A stretch of 64,000 nucleotides of DNA from Treponema sp. UBA6852 (GTDB taxonomy: Bacteria > Spirochaetota > Spirochaetia > Treponematales > Treponemataceae). Of the stretch, positions 18,511 to 25,463 are shown piece after piece. Both the position numbers and the translations under genes were made by a program. The first letter of the stretch is position 1. Each line of letters begins with the position of its first letter. The notes under the pieces are model-generated. The model searched no databases, was not told the origin of the DNA, and was given only the letters and a program-made list of their open reading frames with translations. The stretch is from assembly GCF_002449305.1 (NCBI RefSeq), contig NZ_DKDI01000034.1. One strand, written 5' to 3'.

Positions 18511-19262
18511 GCCGCTTTCTGCTTCCTGCATATTTTTATATCTCCAAACATTTTATTTTGATATATTTCAACTAAATTCAATTTTACTGCTTCAAGAATC
18601 GCCATAAAAGCGCAAATCACGTCAAGCTCATTGCCTTTTCTGGTTATCAAGTCTGTAAACATACATTCGCTTTTCTTTTCCAGAAGCTCGTTTATCAAGG
18701 CGATTTTTTCATTCGGAGCAATATCCTCGCCCATGTTCAAAAGCCGCTCATCAGGATTTACATTTGTAAGATTCCTAAAAATCTTCTGCATATCCTGAAG
18801 CAAAGCCCAAGTGTCCATTTTCTTCCACTGAGAATCGTCTTCGTCAAACGGAAGCGTTCTTTCTATTTTCTTGCGCTCAAAGCTCCATTCGCTCTGCTCT
18901 TCCTGTTCTTCCATTAAAACAGAAAGTTTTTTAAAACGCTGATATTCAATAAGCTGCTCAACAAGCTCTTCGCGGGGATCTTCCATGCTTTCGTCATCGT
19001 CATAGCGCACTTCAACAGGCAAAAGGAGACGGCTCTTTATACACGCAAGTTTTGCAGCCCAAAGATAAAATTCGCTCAAATCCTGAAGGTCAAGTTCCAC
19101 AGCATAATCAAGATAATCCTGAAACTGCTCTGTAATTTCCGCAATCGGAATATCGTAGATATTTATTTTATTTTCGCGTATAAGGCTCCATAAAAGATCA
19201 AGAGGTCCCTCAAAAGTTCCTGCCATAAATTTTCTATGACAAACTGTCCGTTCTTGTTCCAT
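18507..19262 (-). CDS. scpA: segregation and condensation protein A
   Basis: FEGPLDLLWSLI kleisin N-terminal motif. The start chosen at Met 19262 lies downstream of the folK stop. Confidence 0.8.
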   Translation of the reverse strand: MEQERTVCHRKFMAGTFEGPLDLLWSLIRENKINIYDIPIAEITEQFQDYLDYAVELDLQDLSEFYLWAAKLACIKSRLLLPVEVRYDDDESMEDPREELVEQLIEYQRFKKLSVLMEEQEEQSEWSFERKKIERTLPFDEDDSQWKKMDTWALLQDMQKIFRNLTNVNPDERLLNMGEDIAPNEKIALINELLEKKSECMFTDLITRKGNELDVICAFMAILEAVKLNLVEIYQNKMFGDIKICRKQKAA

Positions 19263-19284
19263 TTTGCGCTCCGAAGCAATATTT

Positions 19285-19791
19285 TTAAAACGGACAATAT
19301 ATTTCAACCCGCTGCTCTTTTAAAAGATCCAGTTTTTTTGCGTAGAATTCTATGTCCGCTTTATTAACATCGGCATTTTTTTTCAAAACTTCAAGAAAAG
19401 GAGCAAGAACAAATGCTCTTTCTAAAAGCCGCTCATGCGGAATCACAAGATTTTCTTTTTTTACAGTCTGATTTCCAAAAAGCTCTATGTCAATGTCCAA
19501 GGAACGCGGTCCGTTTCTAATTTCAAGGCTTCTGTCGCGTCCAAATTTCTGCTCAATTAAATGGATTTTTTCAAGAAGAGAATCAGGAGTTCCGCTGAAA
19601 TTTCCAACGGCAACCATATTATAAAAATCATCTTGCTCGCAGACATACATGGCCGCAGTTCTATATATAGAAGAAACTTTTAGCTCATGTATAAAATCTG
19701 CAAGACAAGAGCAGGCACTTTTTAAAAGCTCCAAGGAAGAAAACGCCCCGAAACTTTTATTAGAGCCAAGTCCTAAAACAACACGTTCCAT
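19285..19791 (-). CDS. folK: 2-amino-4-hydroxy-6-hydroxymethyldihydropteridine diphosphokinase
   Basis: LGLGSN N-terminus, RSLDIDIELF and PHERLLERAFVL motifs typical of HPPK. Confidence 0.8.
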   Translation of the reverse strand: MERVVLGLGSNKSFGAFSSLELLKSACSCLADFIHELKVSSIYRTAAMYVCEQDDFYNMVAVGNFSGTPDSLLEKIHLIEQKFGRDRSLEIRNGPRSLDIDIELFGNQTVKKENLVIPHERLLERAFVLAPFLEVLKKNADVNKADIEFYAKKLDLLKEQRVEIYCPF

Positions 19792-19796
19792 AAATC

Positions 19797-21086
19797 CTAG
19801 AAAAGCTCATCAGGAACAGGCTTATCTTCCGAAGCGGCTTTTGCAAGGCTCGCGGCCTTTGACTTTGCAGCTTTTGCAGGCTTTTCTTCTACGGCAGGAG
19901 CAACAGGAGCTTTTTCAGCTGGCTTTTCTTCCTTTGTAGGAGGTTCTGCAATAGAGCCAGTGCCAACACCTTTTGCCCTCATTTCCTTTTCATACTGAAG
20001 AATCTGCTCTTTTGTTACAACTTCGCCTTCTTTGGTGCGTAAAACTTGCCCGGGGAAAATCTTTTCACGCAGAGTATTTTCAAGTTCCATTTTAAATGCT
20101 GGATTGTTTTCTATATATGCAACCGCATTTTCCTTTCCCTGACCGACTTTTTCTTCTCCTCTTGTATACCAGGCGCCGCGCTTGTCTATAAGCCCATGCT
20201 TTACAGAAGAATCCAAAATGGATGCGGCAGAAGAAATTCCTTTTCCAAAGTAAATATCAAGTTCAACCTTGCGGAAAGGAGGCGCAACCTTGTTTTTTAC
20301 AATTTTTACACGCACGCGGTTTCCTACGGCATCCTCTTCGCCCTTGCCGTCAATTGATTCAATTCTGCGGATTTCAAGACGGATAGATGAATAGAATTTC
20401 AGCGCATTTCCGCCAGTTGTAGTTTCAGGGTTTCCAAACATAACGCCGATTTTCATACGAATCTGGTTTATAAAGACCACAATGCACTTGCTTTTTCCAA
20501 CAATTGCCGTGAGTTTTCTAAGCGCCTGGCTCATAAGACGAGCCTGAAGTCCCATAACGGAATCTCCCATCTCGCCTTCAATTTCTTTCTGAGGAGTAAG
20601 AGCTGCAACAGAGTCCACAACAATTATGTCAACAGCGCCGGAACGCACAAGGTTTTCACAAATTTCAAGAGCCTGTTCTCCTGTGTCTGGCTGGCTCACC
20701 CAAAGCTCATCAATGTTTACACCAAGATTTTTGGCATAAACAGGGTCTAAAGCGTGTTCCGCATCAATAAAAGCCGCAATTCCGCCAAGTTTTTGAGCTT
20801 CCGCAACAGCATGAAGCGCAAGAGTAGTTTTACCAGAGCTTTCAGGACCGTACATTTCTATTACACGTCCGCGTGGATAACCGCCAATTCCAAGAGCCTC
20901 GTCAAGCAAAATCGAGCCTGAAGGAACAACATCGATAGAAGCAGTGTCTGTTTTTGTTCCAAGCTTCATCAAAGAGCCTGTTCCAAACTGCTTTTCAATC
21001 TGAAGCCTTGCAGCTTCCAAGGCCTTTAGTTTTTCCGACATTTCAACCGGAAATTTTTCTTCTGTCTTAGCCATTTTTTTCTCCAA
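19797..21086 (-). CDS. recA: recombinase RecA with a long C-terminal low-complexity tail
   Basis: [12 protein letters not shown] Walker [10 protein letters not shown], and the L1/L2 regions. 429 aa, compared with about 350 aa for typical RecA. Confidence 0.95.
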   Translation of the reverse strand: MEKKMAKTEEKFPVEMSEKLKALEAARLQIEKQFGTGSLMKLGTKTDTASIDVVPSGSILLDEALGIGGYPRGRVIEMYGPESSGKTTLALHAVAEAQKLGGIAAFIDAEHALDPVYAKNLGVNIDELWVSQPDTGEQALEICENLVRSGAVDIIVVDSVAALTPQKEIEGEMGDSVMGLQARLMSQALRKLTAIVGKSKCIVVFINQIRMKIGVMFGNPETTTGGNALKFYSSIRLEIRRIESIDGKGEEDAVGNRVRVKIVKNKVAPPFRKVELDIYFGKGISSAASILDSSVKHGLIDKRGAWYTRGEEKVGQGKENAVAYIENNPAFKMELENTLREKIFPGQVLRTKEGEVVTKEQILQYEKEMRAKGVGTGSIAEPPTKEEKPAEKAPVAPAVEEKPAKAAKSKAASLAKAASEDKPVPDELF

Positions 21087-21273
21087 TATAGCACTAGGAA
21101 TAAAATCTTAAAAAGAAAGCAACTGAAACAAAAGCGCAAAAACTTCTTATTTAAGATTTTATAACTTTATATACATTTTTTTTAATTTTATGCACTGAAT
21201 TTAAAAAAATCTTTAAAAAGATACCATAAATAAAAATAGTTTTAAAGTGGAAAAAGAAAGACAAAGGATTTTT

Positions 21274-21368
21274 GTCAGCACCCCTTGCAAAGAATTTTGG
21301 TCAGGGGGTCTTGCAAGTACACGTCAGGGGGTCTTGCAAGCATTTGTCAAGGGGCCTTGCAAGAATAT
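21274..21368. repeat. tandem array of about 4 imperfect 23-bp repeats (core GTCAGGGGGTCTTGCAAG)
   Basis: Two adjacent 23-bp units (21300-21322, 21323-21345) share an exact 18-nt core. Divergent units flank them on each side. Each unit contains the palindrome CTTGCAAG. Confidence 0.85.
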
Positions 21369-21415
21369 GCCATCCTATATGACGTGCACACGTAAGAACA
21401 TGATGTAGAATGTTG

Positions 21416-22345
21416 CTATTTTGCAGTGCGGACAACGCGGAAGCCATAGTCGTCGGAGCAGTTGTCTGGGTAGATGCCGACCCGAAAGGCAAGTTGCACG
21501 TAGGTGTCGAAGTATTGCCAAGCCCCACCGCGCTGAATGCGTTCAGAACCAGAAGCCGAACCTGAGTTTGGAGTGTCGCTTGATATGCTTCCGTCTCTTC
21601 TATCCCAGCACCATTCCCATACATTTCCGCTCATGTCGTAAAGTCCGTAGCCGTTTTTATTCTTGGTCTTTACATCTCTTGTTCCTTTTGTATTCCTTGC
21701 ATACCATGCTACCTTGTCTGTATTGTCGCTTCCAGCATACTCGTAGCTTTCGCCGCCACGCGCAGCCCATTCCCATTCTGCCTCTGTAGGAAGACGGTAG
21801 CCGTCCGCTTCAAAGTCGCATGTCGCGGCATTCCATTTACTGTCACTTGAAGCCGGAACTGTTCCCCATTCGCTTGGGTCTGTTTTTCCGTCAATTGAAT
21901 AGCAAGGGGTTAAGCTTTCTTTTATAGAAAGCGTATTGCAGTACACAAGCGCGTCATACCAGTTGATATTGTTCACAGGGTTGTTTTTTACATTGTCATC
22001 ACCTGTAAGCTCATTTCCGTCCTTGTCATAAGCATCGGCTTCGCTTGGGTCGCTGCCCATGACAGTCTTGTATTCTGCCCTCGTTACCTCATGGTCGCTC
22101 ATATAGAACGAGGCAACTTCAAGTTTACGTCCGCTTACGAATACTTTTGATTCTGGCGTCCAGTTTTCTGTTCCGTCAATCGAAGCGGCAGGAATTTTTA
22201 CAAAGTTTTCAGAAACCTGCCCGCTGCTACTAGCGCCGCTTTCAGAACAATTATTTGAGTCATCATCATCACTGCTGCATCCTGCAAACGAAAATGCCAA
22301 AGCAAAAACCGCAAATATAGACAAAATCTTAGTAATCTTTTTCAT
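21416..22345 (-). CDS. FGE-sulfatase (SUMF1-like) domain lipoprotein
   Basis: Lipobox FSFAGC. GNVWEWCWD and RGGAW motifs are typical of the formylglycine-generating-enzyme fold. The gene has markedly higher GC than its neighbours. Confidence 0.75.
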   Translation of the reverse strand: MKKITKILSIFAVFALAFSFAGCSSDDDDSNNCSESGASSSGQVSENFVKIPAASIDGTENWTPESKVFVSGRKLEVASFYMSDHEVTRAEYKTVMGSDPSEADAYDKDGNELTGDDNVKNNPVNNINWYDALVYCNTLSIKESLTPCYSIDGKTDPSEWGTVPASSDSKWNAATCDFEADGYRLPTEAEWEWAARGGESYEYAGSDNTDKVAWYARNTKGTRDVKTKNKNGYGLYDMSGNVWEWCWDRRDGSISSDTPNSGSASGSERIQRGGAWQYFDTYVQLAFRVGIYPDNCSDDYGFRVVRTAK

Positions 22346-22393
22346 AAACTTGCCCTTAAAAAGGAATTCTGCTAAAAAAATTCAGCAACGCTC

Positions 22394-22420
22394 ATTTTAC
22401 CCCCCCCTAAGTTTTGTCAA
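22394..22420 (-). promoter_or_regulatory. sigma70-like promoter with a G8 tract in the spacer (TTGACA-aaactta-G8-TAAAAT)
   Basis: Minus strand: -35 TTGACA (22415-22420), 15-nt spacer containing G8 (22400-22407), -10 TAAAAT (22394-22399), 48 nt upstream of the ATG at 22345. Confidence 0.6.
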
Positions 22421-22455
22421 GTACTTTTGAAAATTTTTGAATAAAAAAACAAAAC

Positions 22456-22484
22456 TTGCCTTTTTAGTAAATTTCAAGTATTAT
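22456..22484 (+). promoter_or_regulatory. sigma70-like promoter (TTGCCT-17 nt-TATTAT) for the ferredoxin gene
   Basis: -35 at 22456-22461 and -10 at 22479-22484, about 57 nt upstream of the ATG at 22542. Confidence 0.5.
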
Positions 22485-22541
22485 TTTTTAGAAGGCTTCT
22501 ATTTTTTAGGAGTTTTCCACACACACAAACCGAGGTATTTT

Positions 22542-22712
22542 ATGGCTTACAAAATTTCATCGGAATGCATCAACTGCGGAGCGTGCGAAGGCGAATGTCC
22601 TTCAGAAGCAATCAGCGAAGTAAACGACAAGCGTCAGATTAATGCTGACAATTGCGTAAGCTGCGGATCATGCGCTTCTGTATGTCCAGTTGGAGCAATT
22701 TCAGAAGAGTAA
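22542..22712 (+). CDS. 2x[4Fe-4S] ferredoxin (56 aa)
   Basis: CINCGACEGECP and CVSCGSCASVCP cluster motifs. A GAGG Shine-Dalgarno lies 7 nt before the ATG at 22542. The upstream extension of the listed ORF (from 22437) is unlikely to be translated. Confidence 0.85.
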   Translation: MAYKISSECINCGACEGECPSEAISEVNDKRQINADNCVSCGSCASVCPVGAISEE

Positions 22713-22737
22713 CAGCCAAAAGCTGTTAAAACACAAG

Positions 22738-22775
22738 GCTGTTCAGGAACATTTTCTTGAGCAGCTCTTTTTTTT
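22738..22775 (+). terminator. rho-independent terminator after the ferredoxin gene
   Basis: 10-bp stem gctgttcagg/cttgagcagc (two G-U pairs), 8-nt loop, then TCTTTTTTTT running directly into the next ATG. Confidence 0.65.
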
Positions 22776-23663
22776 ATGAAGAAAAAACTTTTTTTTATTC
22801 TAGGAACATTTTTTTCACTTTTTTACGTGCAGGCTCAAAGTTTTCCGCAAATTCCGTCCTTGGAATCGCGCGACTTTCTTTTTTCCCAGTATCAGCAGGA
22901 AGTCCAGCAGTGCCAGAAAGATTTTTTCAAGTCAAACACAAGTGTTCCAACTTTCTATTCATACAAAGCAAAAAAAGGCGACACAATTTTCACCGTGGCG
23001 GCAAGATGCAGCGTCTGGCAGGAAGCTTTGTCAACCGCAAATTCAATAGAAAACAGCGCAGAACTTCTTGAAGGCAAAACAATAGTTCTTCCTTCCGCAA
23101 ACGGACTTTTTATCCCTGAATCCCCTGCCACTTCCATTGAATTTTTGCTTGCAAGCGAGCATAAAGAAAGAATCTTTCAAGAATCTTTTGCAAAATACAA
23201 AATAAACGGAAGATTTTTCTATTTTATTCCCGGCGAAAGATTCAGTCCGGCTGAACGTGCATATTTTTTAAATCCTGGAATGTCAATGCCGCTAGAAAAA
23301 AGCATTCTTACTTCCGGCTACGGAAAAAGACAAAGCCCCATAACCGGCAGATGGCAGTTTCACAAAGGAATTGACCTTGCAGCTCCGGAGGGAACAACTG
23401 TATTTGCCTGCAAGACTGGAACTGTAAAATCCGTGGAAAGAGGAAACAGAATCTACGGAAACCACATCATAATTTCCCACGCAGGCGGAATGGAAAGCAC
23501 CTACGCACATCTTTCAGAAATCCTAGTTGAAGAAGGAGAGGCGGTTTCAACAGGGCAGAAAATCGGCAAAGTCGGAACAACAGGACTTTCAACAGGTCCG
23601 CACCTTCACTTTGAAATAAAGCAGAACGGCTCTTCATTAAATCCCGGAAAATACTTAAAATAA
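22776..23663 (+). CDS. LysM-domain M23 family metallopeptidase
   Basis: Signal peptide, LysM-like YKAKKGDTIFTVAARCSV, and M23 motifs HKGIDLAAPEGTTV and GPHLHFEI. Confidence 0.85.
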   Translation: MKKKLFFILGTFFSLFYVQAQSFPQIPSLESRDFLFSQYQQEVQQCQKDFFKSNTSVPTFYSYKAKKGDTIFTVAARCSVWQEALSTANSIENSAELLEGKTIVLPSANGLFIPESPATSIEFLLASEHKERIFQESFAKYKINGRFFYFIPGERFSPAERAYFLNPGMSMPLEKSILTSGYGKRQSPITGRWQFHKGIDLAAPEGTTVFACKTGTVKSVERGNRIYGNHIIISHAGGMESTYAHLSEILVEEGEAVSTGQKIGKVGTTGLSTGPHLHFEIKQNGSSLNPGKYLK

Positions 23664-23710
23664 AAGAAATTACACTAGAAATATAGAAGATTTAAGATTA
23701 TAATATCAAC

Positions 23711-24715
23711 ATGAAATCTTGCATTGGCAGGAAAAACAAAAAAGTTTTCTCTTTGATGCTTTTGGCTTTATGCGGAATTTTTATGTTAAAAGCCGAGCCT
23801 TTCCGTGTGCGCAAGACAAATTTAATAAGCATAGACTCACTGTTTGAAAAAAAATCAGTTGAAGCCGGTGTAAACGATGCAATTGTAATAAAGCTTCCAG
23901 AAGACAAAACTTTTATAGAAGGAATTGAAATTTCAATAAAAGTTCCAAAAATAGTCGCTGAATGGCGGGACTCCGTTGCCTGGTCGTTGTATTCAGGAAT
24001 TTCACCAGTTCCAGATGCCAAGCTTATTGACTATAACGGAACAAGAGCGGAAGTCGGAACGTTCGGTGAAAGTCTAAGTTTTAATATAAAAGTTCCAACA
24101 AAGAAAAACCACTCAATAAAAAACGATGCATATTCGTACATGGCGCAGATGATTCCTGCAAATGCCGACGGATTTTTGTTTTTTAGGCTTCAGCTTGCAA
24201 TGAAAGGTTCAAGCGATTCCATTTCAAAGTCAAAATTCAGCGTGTGCGCATATCCGATTCTTTCAAATGAAGGGAAAATTTCTCTTGCCATAAATTCAGC
24301 GGAAGACGAGGAAGCAAAGGAATTCACAGTTTTTGTTGACGGCAAGCAGTCGGAGCTTGGAAAAAAAGACATTCTTGTTCCAACAGGAAGCCACAACATA
24401 AACATTGTAAGCGACTCTTACCGCAATGAAGTGCGCACAGTAAGCGTTGAGCAGGCAAAAACTTCAAATATTGAAATTTCACTTAGGGAAATAAAGCCAA
24501 TAATCAGGCTTATTGCTCCAGAAGGCACAAAGATAACATTCGACAATAACGAATACACAGCTCCAGTAGAACAGTTCTACACAACGAGCGGCGACCACAC
24601 CGTAAAATTCATTGTGGGTGATTACGAAATAACAAAGGCAGTTTCCGCATTGGACGGCCGAAGCTACAACATTTCGCTAAACATTGACGCGATTATTGAA
24701 GAAACAGATGAATAA
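23711..24715 (+). CDS. secreted or lipoprotein with two PEGA-like domains
   Basis: Signal peptide with a possible lipobox LLALC. VFVDGKQSELGKKDILVPTGSHNINIVSDSYRNEVRTVSV fits the PEGA pattern, and a second similar segment follows. Confidence 0.45.
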   Translation: MKSCIGRKNKKVFSLMLLALCGIFMLKAEPFRVRKTNLISIDSLFEKKSVEAGVNDAIVIKLPEDKTFIEGIEISIKVPKIVAEWRDSVAWSLYSGISPVPDAKLIDYNGTRAEVGTFGESLSFNIKVPTKKNHSIKNDAYSYMAQMIPANADGFLFFRLQLAMKGSSDSISKSKFSVCAYPILSNEGKISLAINSAEDEEAKEFTVFVDGKQSELGKKDILVPTGSHNINIVSDSYRNEVRTVSVEQAKTSNIEISLREIKPIIRLIAPEGTKITFDNNEYTAPVEQFYTTSGDHTVKFIVGDYEITKAVSALDGRSYNISLNIDAIIEETDE

Positions 24716-24770
24716 ATCCTCTGACAATATTTTTAAATGCATAAAAACAAAAGGAATACTTCCTAAGAGG

Positions 24771-24922
24771 CTAAGTAAGTATCCATAAGAGCCTTAGGAA
24801 GTATCGCTCAGGGGCTTAGGAAGTATTCCTCAGGGGCTTAGAAAGTATCCCTCAGGGGCTTAGGAAGTATCCCTCAGGGTCTTAGGAAGTATCCCTCAGG
24901 GTCTTAGGAAGTATCCCTTCAG
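24771..24922 (+). repeat. tandem array of about 7 units of 22 bp (consensus CTTAGGAAGTATCCCTCAGGGG)
   Basis: Units start at 24771, 24793, 24815, 24837, 24859, 24881 and 24903. The last three full units are near-identical. An inverted 15-nt copy sits at 24753-24767. Confidence 0.9.
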
Positions 24923-25053
24923 AAATTAGATTCAACAAATAATCAAACAGTAAAAAAACAATTCAAGAAAAATGGAATGCGCTCCGATATATAAATTACC
25001 AGGTGTTCAATTTATCCCCTCCCACCCATTGGAGCCTGGATGCCAAAAGGCAT

Positions 25054-25083
25054 GGCCGGTGTAAAAGCCGGTCTTTTTATTTT
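25054..25083 (+). terminator. rho-independent terminator
   Basis: Stem ggccgg/ccggtc (25054-25059 with 25068-25073), 8-nt loop, then TTTTTATTTT. Confidence 0.7.
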
Positions 25084-25092
25084 AAAGACAGT

Positions 25093-25121
25093 TTGCTTTT
25101 TTAATGCAATTGGATTATCAT
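25093..25121 (+). promoter_or_regulatory. possible sigma70-like promoter (TTGCTT-17 nt-TATCAT) for the trpR-like gene
   Basis: -35 at 25093-25098 and -10 at 25116-25121. The Shine-Dalgarno AGAGG and the ATG at 25138 follow closely. Confidence 0.4.
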
Positions 25122-25137
25122 TCTTTTAGAGGTAAAA

Positions 25138-25440
25138 ATGCCAGAAACAAAAAACAGCCAGAGCGATCAGATTAAAGAAATATGCATGCTTCTTTCAAAA
25201 ATTCAGGACGAAAATCTTATATTTGATTTTTTCGGCTGTCTTTTTACAAAGTCTGAATTAAAGGATTTTTCCAAGAGATGGAGTCTTGTAAAGGAACTTG
25301 ACGAAGGAACAACCCAGCGCGAAATTGCAAAAAAATACAATTTGTCTTTATGCAATATAACAAGAGGTTCGAGGGAAATGAAAAAGGAAAATTCAGCGTT
25401 CCAAAAAGTTCTTGCCCTCTTGAAATCGCTGAATAGTTAA
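25138..25440 (+). CDS. TrpR-like (YerC/YecD family) DNA-binding protein
   Basis: 100 aa. FFGCLFTKSELKDFSKRWSLVKEL and TQREIAKKYNLSLCNITRGSR match the YerC/YecD helix-turn-helix pattern. Confidence 0.7.
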   Translation: MPETKNSQSDQIKEICMLLSKIQDENLIFDFFGCLFTKSELKDFSKRWSLVKELDEGTTQREIAKKYNLSLCNITRGSREMKKENSAFQKVLALLKSLNS

Positions 25441-25463
25441 TCGAATGCCGAATTTTTTATTTT

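Noticed and set aside
21301-21789. ORFs of 107 aa (minus) and 122 aa (plus) overlapping the 3' half of the FGE gene and the repeat array
   Set aside because: The elevated GC of this gene lowers stop-codon frequency in all frames. The products are Arg/Cys/Ser-rich nonsense with no start context.
22437-22541. N-terminal 35-aa extension of the ferredoxin ORF
   Set aside because: The extension is Phe/Tyr/Lys-rich junk that overlaps the predicted promoter. A GAGG Shine-Dalgarno precedes the internal ATG at 22542, which yields a canonical 56-aa ferredoxin.
24771-24922. Tandem 22-bp array considered as a CRISPR array
   Set aside because: The units are directly abutting with no unique spacers, the period is too short, and no cas genes are present in the window.
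24923-25053. Region between the repeat array and the terminator, considered as a known riboswitch (ZTP, fluoride, preQ1, THF)
   Set aside because: I could not match any riboswitch consensus core by eye. The crossing complementarities gctcc...ggagc and ccag...ctgg hint at a pseudoknot but could be chance. A covariance-model scan is needed.
24972-25064. 30-codon small ORF (MECAPIYKLPGVQFIPSHPLEPGCQKAWPV) whose stop codon lies in the terminator loop upstream of the trpR-like gene; considered as a Trp leader peptide or attenuator
   Set aside because: There is no Shine-Dalgarno, only one Trp codon, and no evident anti-terminator alternative pairing. The downstream gene also appears to have its own promoter after the terminator. 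I keep it only as a remote possibility.
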